Shown here in pieces: positions 1 through 10,313 of a stretch of 64,000 bases of DNA; position 1 is the first letter of the stretch; each line of letters opens with the position of its first letter. Made by a program: the position numbers and the translations under genes. A model generated the notes under the pieces. That model had not been told where the DNA came from and did no database searches. It saw only the letters and a program-made list of their open reading frames with translations. The stretch is from an uncultured Bacilli bacterium (GTDB taxonomy: Bacteria; Bacillota_I; Bacilli_A; ML615J-28; CAG-313): the NCBI GenBank assembly GCA_944326155.1, contig CALVCV010000001.1:121184-185183 (forward strand), in the 5' to 3' direction.

Positions 1-1324
1 CAACATATCGATGTTCTTCTTCACTATATTCAAATAATGGCCAATTGACTACCCATAAAAAATTAAATTTAGATTGATCAATTAAATTCATTTCTTTAGC
101 GATTTGTAGTCTTAAAGCGCCTAAAGCAAAATTACATACTTCAAGTTTATCAGAAACGATTAAGATCAAATCTTCATTAGAAATTGCAAATTCATCAACT
201 AATTTTTTTGTTAAGTCTTCATTTAAAGTTTTAATAAATGAACCACTAAATTTAAAATCTTCATATTTTAACCAAGCAAGACCATTTGCATGATATTTCT
301 TTGCTAATTCAGTAAGACGATCAATTTCTTTACGTGAATATTTTTGAGCACCATGATGTACAATAATACCTTTTACTTTATTACCTAAACTAATCTGTGT
401 TTGAAAAATATTAAAAGGTACTCCACTTGCCCATTCTGTCATATCTGTAAGAAACATATCAAATCTTGTATCAGGCTTATCTGAACCATATTTATTCATT
501 GCTACATCATAATCCATTTTAATAAATGGTATTTGAATATCTTGATTTAAAACCTTTTTCCATACATATTTTAACATTTTTTCAGTAATATCTTGAACAT
601 CAAGTTCATCAACAAAACTCATTTCAACATCGACTTGTGTAAATTCCAATTGACGATCGGCTCTTAAATCCTCATCACGAAAACATTTTGCTATTTGAAA
701 ATACTTTTCAAATCCTGCAACCATTAATAATTGCTTATACATTTGTGGTGATTGTGGTAAAGCATAAAATGAACCAGGATAAATTCTAGAAGGAACTAAG
801 AAATCTCTTGCTCCTTCAGGAGTTGATTTCCCTAAATATGGAGTTTCAATTTCAATAAAACCTTCTTCATCAAAAAAGTTACGAATGGCAATAACAGCTT
901 TATGTCGCATCATTAAATTATATTGCATAACAGGTCTTCTTAAATCTAAGTAACGATACTTCATTCTAGTATCTTCTAAAGCGTCTGTTTGATCTTGAAT
1001 CAACATTGGTGGATTTTCAGCTTCATTTAAAATAGTTAATTCACTCACATTAATTTCAACATCACCTGTAGGAATGTTTTTATTCTTGTTTTGTCTTTCT
1101 ACTACAATACCTGTTACTTTTAAAACATATTCATTTTTTACATCTAATGCTTTATTATAATTAGCATTATCTGGTTCAACTATCAACTGAGCAATTCCTG
1201 TGCGGTCTCTTAAATCTATAAAAATGAGCCCTCCAAGATTTCTTTTTTTACTACACCAGCCTAGTAATGTAACGTTTTCTCCTACATTTTCGATTCTAAG
1301 TTCACCATTTGTTCTAGTACGCAT
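1..1324 (-). CDS. aspS: aspartyl-tRNA synthetase, N-terminal ~440 aa; C-terminus lies beyond the window start
   Basis: Manual minus-strand translation from ATG (rc of 1322..1324): MRTRTNGELRIENVGENVTLLGWCSKKRNLGGLIFIDLRDRTGIAQ... Class-II AspRS motifs FYALPQSPQMYKQLLM and FRDEDLRADRQLEFTQVD. Absent from the ORF track because it runs off the edge. Confidence 0.85.
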   Translation of the reverse strand, partial: MRTRTNGELRIENVGENVTLLGWCSKKRNLGGLIFIDLRDRTGIAQLIVEPDNANYNKALDVKNEYVLKVTGIVVERQNKNKNIPTGDVEINVSELTILNEAENPPMLIQDQTDALEDTRMKYRYLDLRRPVMQYNLMMRHKAVIAIRNFFDEEGFIEIETPYLGKSTPEGARDFLVPSRIYPGSFYALPQSPQMYKQLLMVAGFEKYFQIAKCFRDEDLRADRQLEFTQVDVEMSFVDELDVQDITEKMLKYVWKKVLNQDIQIPFIKMDYDVAMNKYGSDKPDTRFDMFLTDMTEWASGVPFNIFQTQISLGNKVKGIIVHHGAQKYSRKEIDRLTELAKKYHANGLAWLKYEDFKFSGSFIKTLNEDLTKKLVDEFAISNEDLILIVSDKLEVCNFALGALRLQIAKEMNLIDQSKFNFLWVVNWPLFEYSEEEHRYV

Positions 1325-1334
1325 ATTATTTTCT

Positions 1335-1575
1335 CCTTATCAATAAAAGGGTAATGTCAAAAATATAATTTCTTCATAATTTATGAAAAAGACACTACTT
1401 TATTTTTCTAATTTTTTAATAAAAAATAGAGCGACTTATTATCATCTTAAGGACGAAGATTACTCCGCGGTACCACCTTAGTTTGGACAAGCCACTCTCT
1501 ATTATTGCTTAACGTGCAAAATGCGTTTTCTCCCAATTTGTCAGATTGTTCAACGAAAAAAATGTTTACTAAAAT
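1335..1575 (-). promoter_or_regulatory. T-box leader upstream of aspS, candidate Asp (GAC) specifier
   Basis: Minus-strand RNA contains AAGGUGGUACCGCGG (rc of + 1466..1480), matching the conserved T-box sequence. A UGACA motif (GAC at + 1540..1542) is a candidate specifier. An AGAGA motif lies just before it. I did not resolve the terminator/antiterminator pairing by eye. Confidence 0.5.
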
Positions 1576-1603
1576 ATTATACTCAAAATTATTTTTATTT
1601 CAA
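1576..1603 (-). promoter_or_regulatory. sigma-A-type promoter for the aspS leader
   Basis: Minus strand TTGAAA (rc of 1598..1603), 16-nt spacer, TATAAT (rc of 1576..1581). Confidence 0.45.
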
Positions 1604-1619
1604 GTAAATTTACTTGTAA

Positions 1620-2831
1620 TTATTTTTTATCACGCCATGATTTATCAAATTTATCAAATTTTTCATTTTTGGTTTTAGTTATTTTTGGCATTCCTTTTTT
1701 TAAAATATTCATACCAATATCAGAATTAATACTTTTAATTAAATGATCAATTTGATATTCTTTTTGTTCGCTATCTAAAGAATCAAAAATTGAAAATTGC
1801 TTAATTTCATCTTTCGCTTCAATAAGTTTATTTGCTGAAACCCCAATAAGACGTAAAGGTGAAGCATCATCATAAAATTCATCAAATAAATTTTCAAAAA
1901 GTTTATAAATTCTACGATTATCAGATGTTGGATTGACCATACTAACACTTTTACTCATCGTTTTAAAATTACTATATTTTAATTGTAAAACAAAATTATA
2001 AGCTTTAAAATTATGTTTTTCCATTCTATTGCACATCGTATTGGTAAGCAATTTAATAATTAATTTCATATTATTTACATCATACTCATCATGATCAAAC
2101 GTTTGAGAATTACTAATTGATGAAACATCATTAAAACGATTAGCATCTACTTCATTTGAGCCATTTCCATTGGCATGTGAATAAAGGCTTACCGCATTCG
2201 TTTCACCAATTACTTCCTTTAATAATTCCATATTGTTAAAATTAGCCAAATCACCTATTGTTTTAATTCCTATTGTTAAAAGTGTAGCAAGAGTTTTTTT
2301 ACCTACACCATACATTTCTTGAATAGGAAGTGGCCATAATTTTTCTCTAATTTCTCTTTTTCTTAAAACAGTGATTCCTAATGGTTTTTTCATATCAGAA
2401 GCCATTTTGGCAAGAAACTTATTTGGAGCAATTCCGATACTACAAGGAAGACTAAATTGACGTAATAAATCCTGTTGAATCTTTTCTGCTAAAGAAAGTG
2501 CCTCATCTGGTTTACAAACATCTGTAATATCTAAATATCCTTCATCAATACTGGCTGGTTCTACAAGGGGAGTAATTTTTAAAAAATATTCAAAAAATTT
2601 TCTAGAATATTCACTATAAAGTCCCATTGAAGGTTCAACTATAATTAAATCAGGGCACTTACGTTGTGCATCACTAACACGCATTGCAGAACGTACGCCA
2701 TATGGTCTTGCTTCATAACTTGCCGCAAGAATAATACCCCTACGATTGTTAGCATTTGGAGCAACTGCTATTTTTTTACCTTTTAAACTAGGGTTTTGTG
2801 CTATTTCACAACTTGCAAAAAAGCAATTCAT
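1620..2831 (-). CDS. dinB: DNA polymerase IV (Y-family, DinB)
   Basis: 403 aa. MNCFFASCE aligns to the DinB motif (D)MDCFFAAVE. The palm and little-finger regions are recognisable. The frame stays open upstream of the annotated ATG up to a TAA at 2895..2897 (see findings). Confidence 0.9.
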   Translation of the reverse strand: MNCFFASCEIAQNPSLKGKKIAVAPNANNRRGIILAASYEARPYGVRSAMRVSDAQRKCPDLIIVEPSMGLYSEYSRKFFEYFLKITPLVEPASIDEGYLDITDVCKPDEALSLAEKIQQDLLRQFSLPCSIGIAPNKFLAKMASDMKKPLGITVLRKREIREKLWPLPIQEMYGVGKKTLATLLTIGIKTIGDLANFNNMELLKEVIGETNAVSLYSHANGNGSNEVDANRFNDVSSISNSQTFDHDEYDVNNMKLIIKLLTNTMCNRMEKHNFKAYNFVLQLKYSNFKTMSKSVSMVNPTSDNRRIYKLFENLFDEFYDDASPLRLIGVSANKLIEAKDEIKQFSIFDSLDSEQKEYQIDHLIKSINSDIGMNILKKGMPKITKTKNEKFDKFDKSWRDKK

Positions 2832-2934
2832 GTCAATATGAAAAATAATTCGATTTTTTTTAATGCTAACACTTCCCTTTTTAAAAAAAATATGTTATAA
2901 TATATTCGTAATTTTATGTGAGGTGAATAGTAAT

Positions 2935-3144
2935 ATGAGTAAAAAACTTGAGAAAAATGGAAAAACTCCTAAAAAAATGGTTCAAAAAAATAGAAAAGCT
3001 GATGGTACAGAAGAATATTACATCACCACAGCACCTCAAAAAACTTTAACTGGTAAAATAATTATTTGGACATTAGTAGCTTTAATGGCACTTGGAAGTG
3101 TAGGGAGTTTAATCGTTGCAATTATTCAAATCATGAGTAAATAA
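2935..3144 (+). CDS. small membrane protein, 69 aa from MSKKLEKNG with one C-terminal TM helix
   Basis: ORF-track entry 2863..3144, trimmed to Met 2935. A GAGGTG RBS lies 9 nt upstream. Extended -10 TGtTATAAT at 2893..2901. Basic N-terminus followed by TM segment IIIWTLVALMALGSVGSLIVAII. Confidence 0.4.
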   Translation: MSKKLEKNGKTPKKMVQKNRKADGTEEYYITTAPQKTLTGKIIIWTLVALMALGSVGSLIVAIIQIMSK

Positions 3145-3152
3145 TACTTACT

Positions 3153-3184
3153 AAAAAATAGAAGTTAAAAACTTCTATTTTTTT
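3153..3184. terminator. bidirectional intrinsic terminator between the small + gene and spo0A
   Basis: Hairpin AATAGAAGTT-aaa-AACTTCTATT (3157..3179), flanked by an A-run on the left and TTTTT on the right. Confidence 0.7.
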
Positions 3185-3968
3185 ACGCTAGATATCTCAT
3201 TTTCTTTTGACGTTTATGTTCTAAACGAAGTTTATCAGCAATCATAGCAATAAATTCAGAGTTCGTAGGTTTAGATTTATTATAACTGATTGTATAGCTA
3301 AAAATATCACTAATTGCGTCAACATTACCCCTTACCCAAGCAATTTCAATTGCATGACGTATTGCCCTTTCCACTCTTGAGGAAGTTGTTCCAAAAGATA
3401 TAGCAATTTCTGGATATAAAACTTTTGTAATTGAACCTAATATCTCAACATTATCATAAACCATTGCAATAGCTTCTCGTAAATACATATAACCTTTAAT
3501 ATGAGCTGGTACACCAACCTCATGTAATATCGAAGTAATTTCGCTATCTAAATCGGCATCAATATCATTTTTTACACTTTCTTCGCCTTCAGTGGTCATT
3601 CCTAAAATCAGTTGATATAATTTTTTGCCATCTACAGGTTTCATAATGATGTAATCCACATTTAATTGATTTAATTTTGTATTTACATAATTACTAATAA
3701 ATTGTGTCATCACAATAATGCGACGAGGTTGATGATATAATGTGGTATCTTTTTTAATGTTTTCAATTAAATTAATACCATCTACACCATTTAAGAATAA
3801 ATCAACAATAAGTACATCAACTTGTGTTACTTTTAAAGTGTTATAAAGATTGGCTTCGTTATTGTATGTACCTATTAAATTAATTTCTTCATATTTTTTT
3901 AGGAATGTACTAATTCCAGGTTCGTTATCATCGGTATTTTCTACGACAACCATTTTCAATTTTTGCAT
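3183..3968 (-). CDS. spo0A: sporulation master response regulator Spo0A
   Basis: Receiver domain with an acidic pocket (TDDNEP), the phospho-acceptor Asp in VLIVDLFL, and conserved Lys in IIMKPVD. The C-terminal Spo0A-specific DNA-binding domain carries the signature [16 protein letters not shown]. Confidence 0.9.
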   Translation of the reverse strand: MQKLKMVVVENTDDNEPGISTFLKKYEEINLIGTYNNEANLYNTLKVTQVDVLIVDLFLNGVDGINLIENIKKDTTLYHQPRRIIVMTQFISNYVNTKLNQLNVDYIIMKPVDGKKLYQLILGMTTEGEESVKNDIDADLDSEITSILHEVGVPAHIKGYMYLREAIAMVYDNVEILGSITKVLYPEIAISFGTTSSRVERAIRHAIEIAWVRGNVDAISDIFSYTISYNKSKPTNSEFIAMIADKLRLEHKRQKKMRYLA

Positions 3969-4154
3969 AATATTTCCCCCTTTATTATATTATATGCAGT
4001 AATATTTTATCAAAAAAGAGGGTATTTAGCAAGTAATATATCTTTTTTATAAGTTTTTTAGAATATTTTTTAGTAATACTATGTTTTTTTATAGTAATAT
4101 TTTGTTAAAATAAAGGTTAATATTTATATTTTTGTTATTTATAGCACTTTTTTG

Positions 4155-5153
4155 TCAATTTCTTAAATCAACAATTTCATTAATCATCCATTCTATATGC
4201 ATTCCATAGCCATAAATTGGATTTTCGACAGTTACGTGAGAAACTGCACCAATTATTTTACCATTTTGAACAATTGGACTACCACTCATTCCTTGAATGA
4301 TGCCACCTGTTTCGTGAATTAAATCACTATCTGTTACTTTATAACGAATTCCTTTAGTTGCTTTTTGATTTTGTAAATTAACATCTGTTATTTCAATATC
4401 ATAGGATTCAATATCTTTACCACTAATTGTAGTATAAATTTGTGCCTTGCCTTTTTTGATTTCATTTTGCTCTGCTACTGCTAGTTTAGTCTTATTTTGC
4501 GTATTAGTCATAAATTTTCCATACAATCCTGAAACATCATTTAATAAAATTTTACCAATTGCAAGATTTTCCATTGAAGCTCTTTTTTCTCCTGCAATAC
4601 CAGGTTCTGCTTTTTTAATAGATGATACTGTTGAATAATATAAACTTCCACCATTATTTTTTAATAAAATTTGATTTTCATATATGGCATGTCCTAGTGA
4701 ACCAAAATAATTGTCATTAGTAATAAAGGTAAGTGTACCAATACCTAAAATTTGATCTCTAATATATAAACCAATTGATGGTTCAGCATTTTTGTTTTTA
4801 ATAATATCAATTTTAGTCGTTAAATTTTTTTCACCTCTACAAATAAAAAGTTCAACACTTTCACTATTACACTTTTTTAAATAATCCTGTAACTGATTGT
4901 TATTTTCAATTTTAATACCATTAATACTTTCAATTTTATCACCTAATTCAACATTTGATTCTTTCCATGGTATTTTTTTTCCATTTGATGTTTGAACTTG
5001 GTATTTACCAACAACATATACACCTGTTTTCATCTTTATGCCAATGGAATCGCCACCTAAAAAAACATAATCATCACTTTTTGCGTCCACTTCTAATGTC
5101 AAAGTTAGACTAAAAAATAGTAGAATTAGAAAAAATTTGATAATTTTTTTCAT
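4155..5153 (-). CDS. spoIVB: SpoIVB signalling serine peptidase (S55 family, PDZ domain)
   Basis: Signal/TM N-terminus, a PDZ-like middle region, and the catalytic motif QGMSGSPI. It sits immediately upstream of spo0A, as in Bacillus. Confidence 0.85.
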   Translation of the reverse strand: MKKIIKFFLILLFFSLTLTLEVDAKSDDYVFLGGDSIGIKMKTGVYVVGKYQVQTSNGKKIPWKESNVELGDKIESINGIKIENNNQLQDYLKKCNSESVELFICRGEKNLTTKIDIIKNKNAEPSIGLYIRDQILGIGTLTFITNDNYFGSLGHAIYENQILLKNNGGSLYYSTVSSIKKAEPGIAGEKRASMENLAIGKILLNDVSGLYGKFMTNTQNKTKLAVAEQNEIKKGKAQIYTTISGKDIESYDIEITDVNLQNQKATKGIRYKVTDSDLIHETGGIIQGMSGSPIVQNGKIIGAVSHVTVENPIYGYGMHIEWMINEIVDLRN

Positions 5154-5237
5154 TTTTGTCCTCCTTTCTTATTTATTATTGCCTAAATAAAAAAAATAAA
5201 AAGTGTTTTTATATGGTTGTAAAAACACTTTTTTCTA

Positions 5238-6914
5238 TTATTGCCTATATATCATATTTTTTGCTAACTCTTTACTTTTGCCGGTTTTGTCGGTTGGCGA
5301 AATCATTTTAGCAAGTTCTTCAATTCTTTCATCATCATTTAATTCTTTAATCATTGTAATAGTCTTATTATCAATTATTTTTTTTGTAATTAATAATTGC
5401 GTATCCGATTGACTTGCTACAATTGGTAAATGCGTAATCGCTAAAACTTGTGTATGCTTAGAAATTGATTTCAATTTTTGCGCAACTTGATAAGCAACTT
5501 CGCCACTAACACCACTATCAATTTCATCAAATATAATTGTTGAAAGACTGTAATTGGCAATTAAATGTGTTTTAATTGCCAACATTACTCGTGACATTTC
5601 ACCACCTGATGCAATTTTTGATAAATCCATCATCTTTTCACCAGGATTAAATGATATCATAATATTAACAATATCTATGCCATTTTTTAAAAGACTATTT
5701 TTTTGGTTTTGATTTAAATTAGAAGTAAAAACAAAATTAATTTGTACTTTATTTAACATTAAATCACATAAAGTCTTTCTGATATTTTCAACTAATTTAT
5801 TTGCATTTTCTTTACGCAATTGACTTAAATTAATCGCCTTGTCAAGAGCAAGTTTGTAATATTTTTCAACCTTCTCTTTCATTTGTTTTTGAATATAATC
5901 ATCATCTTCTAAAATTTCCAATTTATTTTTTAAACTATCACGATAATTAATAATTTCTTCAACTGACATTTTATATTTATATTTCAAGTCTTTTAAAAAA
6001 TTGATACGTTCAATTAATTCATTGAAATAATCTTGATTGAACTCTAAATTATTTAATTTTTGACCTACTTCAGATGCGACATCTTTTAAATCATAATAAG
6101 CATTTTGAACAACTTCTGACAATTTTTGATACTTTGTATCAATATTGCCTAATTTTTCTAAAGCATTTGAAATTTCATATAGTGTAGTATTTATATTATT
6201 ATCATCAAAATCTTTTTTTATATTTGACAAATTTTTGAAAATAAGTTCATAATTGTTAAGTAAATTATATTCTGACTCAAGTTTTTCTAACTCACCCTTT
6301 TTCAAATCTGCTCTTAAAAGCATTTGATACTGATACTCTAAATATTCTTTTTCTTTATGGTAATTTTCAATGTTTAAAGTTAGTTCTTCATATTCTTTTT
6401 GAGCATCTAAATACACATTACGCAATTTTTGATACTCTTTTAATAATAAAATAGTAGATTGATCATCAATAAAAGATAAATAATTCTTAGGTTCGAAAAG
6501 TTTTTTAGTATCATTTTGTGTATGAATATCTGCAAGTGTTTGACCTAGTTGTATAATTTGATTCATCGTAACGACAGCACCATTAACTCTTACTAAACTT
6601 TTACCATTGCTAAAAATTTCTTTTCGAATGATCAGCAAATCATCCTCTAAAAGATTATATTCTTCTAAAAGTTCTTTAGTATAAGTTCCTAAATTAGTAA
6701 AAACTCCTTCAATAGTTGCTTTTTGCTCACCAGTTCTAACCATACTAGCAGAAGCTCGATCTCCTAGCAATAAACCAATTGCATCAATTAATAGTGATTT
6801 ACCAGCACCAGTTTCACCTGTAATTGCTGTAAAGCCTTCATTAAAATCAATACATAAATTATCAATAATGGCAAAATTTTTAACTGTTAAACTTTGCAAC
6901 AACTTAATCACCAA
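5238..6914 (-). CDS. recN: DNA repair protein RecN
   Basis: 558 aa. N-terminal Walker A GETGAGKSLLIDAI, a long coiled-coil middle, and a C-terminal SMC-like signature. Conserved position next to spoIVB. Confidence 0.9.
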   Translation of the reverse strand: MVIKLLQSLTVKNFAIIDNLCIDFNEGFTAITGETGAGKSLLIDAIGLLLGDRASASMVRTGEQKATIEGVFTNLGTYTKELLEEYNLLEDDLLIIRKEIFSNGKSLVRVNGAVVTMNQIIQLGQTLADIHTQNDTKKLFEPKNYLSFIDDQSTILLLKEYQKLRNVYLDAQKEYEELTLNIENYHKEKEYLEYQYQMLLRADLKKGELEKLESEYNLLNNYELIFKNLSNIKKDFDDNNINTTLYEISNALEKLGNIDTKYQKLSEVVQNAYYDLKDVASEVGQKLNNLEFNQDYFNELIERINFLKDLKYKYKMSVEEIINYRDSLKNKLEILEDDDYIQKQMKEKVEKYYKLALDKAINLSQLRKENANKLVENIRKTLCDLMLNKVQINFVFTSNLNQNQKNSLLKNGIDIVNIMISFNPGEKMMDLSKIASGGEMSRVMLAIKTHLIANYSLSTIIFDEIDSGVSGEVAYQVAQKLKSISKHTQVLAITHLPIVASQSDTQLLITKKIIDNKTITMIKELNDDERIEELAKMISPTDKTGKSKELAKNMIYRQ

Positions 6915-8700
6915 TCTCTTTCTGTAAATCTTCTAAAGAAATATGATATTCTTTTAGCAATTCATGGCGCAAACCAACTTCTAAGAATGTATTTTTTAAA
7001 CTTAATAATTTCACTTTAGGATACAAGTTAGTTTGATTATAAAAGCGTAAAATAGCATCGCCCAAGGAACCTTTTTCATATACTTCTTCATACACAATAA
7101 TTTTTCTCTTATCTAATGCAAGTTTAATTAAAACTTCTTCATCTACTCGTGATAGAATACTAGCATTTACTAATGAAATTTTTAAATTATGGACTTTAAT
7201 AAATTCTTTTGTCTCTTGATATAAAATACCATATGTTATAATAGCAATATCACCATCGTTTTCAACTGTCCATTTTGGTTGATAACAATACTTTACAACT
7301 TCTTTTGCTATTTTTTCTTTCGAATAACGAATCACTACAGGTCCTGTTAGACTGTTTATAGCATAGTCAAGCATCGATAATGCTTCGCTACCATTTTTGG
7401 GTGCTAAGATTGTTATATTAGGAATTGAACTAAGATATGATAAATCAAAAATACCTTGATGAGTATCACCATCATTACTGACAATACCTGCATGATCAAT
7501 ACAAATAATAACGTGTTCACTAGAACGTGCTATATCGTGTACAATTTCATCATATGCTCTTTGTAAAAATGTAGCATAACAAAACAAAATAGGTATCAAG
7601 CGGGCATGTGCCATGCTTGCAGCCATAACAGCCGCGTTTTCTTCGGCAATCCCCACATCAATAAATTGTTCAGGACATGCTTTAGCAAAAAATTCTAAAC
7701 CACTGCCTAACATCATTGCGGGAGTAATGACACGCAATAGATTGCCTTTTTTATTGTTTTTTACAAAATCTACAAGAAAATTTGCTAAGAGATGCCCATA
7801 TGTAGTGTAATTTGTATCTATTTTAAAGATACCTTTTTCAATGTCAAAAGGTGGAACACCATGCCATGCACCAAACTGATCTTCTTCAGCAGGCAAATAA
7901 CCTTTTCCTTTCTTAGTTATTACATGTAATATAATAGAATGATGACAATTTTTTGCATATGAAAGATACTTCACTAATTCTTTGATATTATGACCATTAA
8001 TATTTTCAAAATATTCAAATCCTAATGACTGAAATAAATTAATCTCGTCGGAATTTGCTTCAATCATTTTATGTAAAGTAACTGGTGTAATCTTACGTAT
8101 GAAACGCATTTTACCCTTGGTTCGTACACTACTAAAACTTTTAGCAAGCGAACCGACATTTTTAGAGATACCCATTTCATTGTCATTTAAAATAATAATC
8201 ATCTTTTGGTCTTGATGATCACCCAAATAATTCAACGCTTCAAATGATAATCCATTCACAATTGAAGCATCACCTACTATCGCTATAACTTCACCGATTT
8301 CATTTGGAAAATTTTTTTTGGCCTCAAGATATCCAAGACCTGCAGAGATAGCTGTTGAACTATGTCCTGCTTCAAAAGCATCATGAGATGATTCAGCATA
8401 TCTAGCAAACCCACTAAGACCCTTAAATTTTCGAAGACTCGCAAATTCTTTTGCGCGGCCAGTTAATATTTTATGGGCATATGTTTGATGTGAAACATCA
8501 AAAATAATTTTATCTTTTGGACTATCAAATACTTTATGAATAGCAATTGTTAATTCAACAATTCCTAAATTAGATGCCAAATGACCACCATTTTTACTAA
8601 CCACTTCTATGATTTTCTGGCGTATTTCTTGTGCTAAAGAGTCTAATTGCTCATAATTTAGTTTTTTTAATTCTGTCAAATTGATTTCATCCAACATCAT
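6904..8700 (-). CDS. dxs: 1-deoxy-D-xylulose-5-phosphate synthase
   Basis: 598 aa. TPP-binding GHSSTAISAGLG / GDASIVNGLSFEALN and the transketolase-like C-terminus. Confidence 0.9.
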   Translation of the reverse strand: MMLDEINLTELKKLNYEQLDSLAQEIRQKIIEVVSKNGGHLASNLGIVELTIAIHKVFDSPKDKIIFDVSHQTYAHKILTGRAKEFASLRKFKGLSGFARYAESSHDAFEAGHSSTAISAGLGYLEAKKNFPNEIGEVIAIVGDASIVNGLSFEALNYLGDHQDQKMIIILNDNEMGISKNVGSLAKSFSSVRTKGKMRFIRKITPVTLHKMIEANSDEINLFQSLGFEYFENINGHNIKELVKYLSYAKNCHHSIILHVITKKGKGYLPAEEDQFGAWHGVPPFDIEKGIFKIDTNYTTYGHLLANFLVDFVKNNKKGNLLRVITPAMMLGSGLEFFAKACPEQFIDVGIAEENAAVMAASMAHARLIPILFCYATFLQRAYDEIVHDIARSSEHVIICIDHAGIVSNDGDTHQGIFDLSYLSSIPNITILAPKNGSEALSMLDYAINSLTGPVVIRYSKEKIAKEVVKYCYQPKWTVENDGDIAIITYGILYQETKEFIKVHNLKISLVNASILSRVDEEVLIKLALDKRKIIVYEEVYEKGSLGDAILRFYNQTNLYPKVKLLSLKNTFLEVGLRHELLKEYHISLEDLQKEIGD

Positions 8701-8717
8701 TAGACCCCCTATTTTAT

Positions 8718-8912
8718 TTAAGCATTCGTTACGTCATCTTTTTTTACGATAACTTCCTTTGCTTCATCTAATCTTTTTTTACATTCTAAGCTGATTTCCA
8801 TACCTTTTTGATATTTTTTAACAGATTCTTCTAGTGATAATTTACCGCTTTCTAAACTCGTAACAATTTCTTGTAATTCATTTAAAAGTTCTTCAAATGT
8901 TTTATTTTCCAT
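8718..8912 (-). CDS. xseB: exodeoxyribonuclease VII small subunit
   Basis: 64-aa helical protein directly downstream of xseA. FEELLNELQEIVTSLESG is typical of XseB. Confidence 0.85.
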   Translation of the reverse strand: MENKTFEELLNELQEIVTSLESGKLSLEESVKKYQKGMEISLECKKRLDEAKEVIVKKDDVTNA

Positions 8913-8921
8913 TTTGCGCTC

Positions 8922-10313
8922 CTATTTTAAGATAGCATCAATCGTGCCATCACTCATTTTTATTTTAATATTGTCATCCTTTTGCAACTTCTTTATCGAA
9001 TTAATAATGACATTATCTTTATAAACAATACTATATCCTTTATCCATTAGATTAAAAGGATTTAAAATAACTAGTTTGTCTAATAGTCCATTTAGACTGA
9101 CTCCTAAATTATTGATGTTTGTTTTTATCATTTTTTCGATAGTAATCTTATTTCTAGCTGTCTGTTCATCATAATAGTCAATTTTTTCTAAAAGTAAAGC
9201 AGGTCTAAAGCGACTACTAAACCCATTATATTTAGCAAGATTGGCATCATAAATTTTGTCAATTGCATTTGTTAATTTTAAATTACATTCATTTAGCGCA
9301 TTTTCCATATTTTTAGTAATCATCTTAGGACTATAATTTTTTAATTTTTCTAACAGATAATCCAATTCCTTTTTTTTACTATCAATGATTTTGTCAAAAT
9401 TGCTTAAAACATAAGAATAAGCAGACGTTTTCCAGTTATTAAAAGATGTCACTAAAATATTTTGAATGGCTGAGGATAAACGTTTTGAATTAGCAACTAA
9501 TAACTGAATCACGTCTTTTTTATCTTTGCTAAGCAACATTGCAGCGCCGGTTGGTGTTGGTGCCCTATGTGAGGCAACAAAGTCACAAATGGTGTAATCT
9601 CCTTCATGACCAACCGCACTAACTGTAGGAATGGGAGAGGCAAACAAAGTTCTCGCAAGATTTTCATCATTGAAACAAGATAAATCTTCAAAACTACCAC
9701 CACCACGACCAATAATGATTACATCAGCATCATGATCTTCATATACTTTTTTTAATGCTCTAATTAAATCTTTAGGTGCATCAATTCCTTGGACTAAAGC
9801 AGGATATAATTTTATTTTTACAAGAGGAAATCTTCGATTAAAAGTAGAAATAATATCACGAATTGCCTCACCTGTAGGTGCTGTAATAACAGCTATCTTT
9901 TCAGGGTACTCAGGAAGTGGTAATTTCTTACTTTCATCAAAAAGTCCCTCTTTTGCAAGTTTATCCTTTAAATCAATAAATTGTTGATATAAAAGTCCAA
10001 TTCCCGTTTCTACCATCTTTTTTACAACAATTGCATAAGTACCTTTTCTTTGGTAGACTTGAATTTTACCTACTACTTGGACACTCATGCCATCAACTGG
10101 TTTAAAGTTTAAAGTTGTATTATATGGATAAAAAAACATTGCAGAAAGTTCTGACGTATCATCTTTTAAAGAGAAGTAACAATGTCTGCCAGAGTATTTA
10201 AAATTAGAGATTTCTGCTTGAATATAAACTTCTTGCAAATTTATATCTTCATCAAATTTAAAACTAATATATTTATTGATATCACTAACTGTTACAAATC
10301 TTGTATTATTCAT
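8922..10313 (-). CDS. xseA: exodeoxyribonuclease VII large subunit
   Basis: 463 aa. N-terminal OB-fold (YFSLKD, VVGKIQVYQRKGTYAIVV) and the catalytic core. Confidence 0.9.
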   Translation of the reverse strand: MNNTRFVTVSDINKYISFKFDEDINLQEVYIQAEISNFKYSGRHCYFSLKDDTSELSAMFFYPYNTTLNFKPVDGMSVQVVGKIQVYQRKGTYAIVVKKMVETGIGLLYQQFIDLKDKLAKEGLFDESKKLPLPEYPEKIAVITAPTGEAIRDIISTFNRRFPLVKIKLYPALVQGIDAPKDLIRALKKVYEDHDADVIIIGRGGGSFEDLSCFNDENLARTLFASPIPTVSAVGHEGDYTICDFVASHRAPTPTGAAMLLSKDKKDVIQLLVANSKRLSSAIQNILVTSFNNWKTSAYSYVLSNFDKIIDSKKKELDYLLEKLKNYSPKMITKNMENALNECNLKLTNAIDKIYDANLAKYNGFSSRFRPALLLEKIDYYDEQTARNKITIEKMIKTNINNLGVSLNGLLDKLVILNPFNLMDKGYSIVYKDNVIINSIKKLQKDDNIKIKMSDGTIDAILK

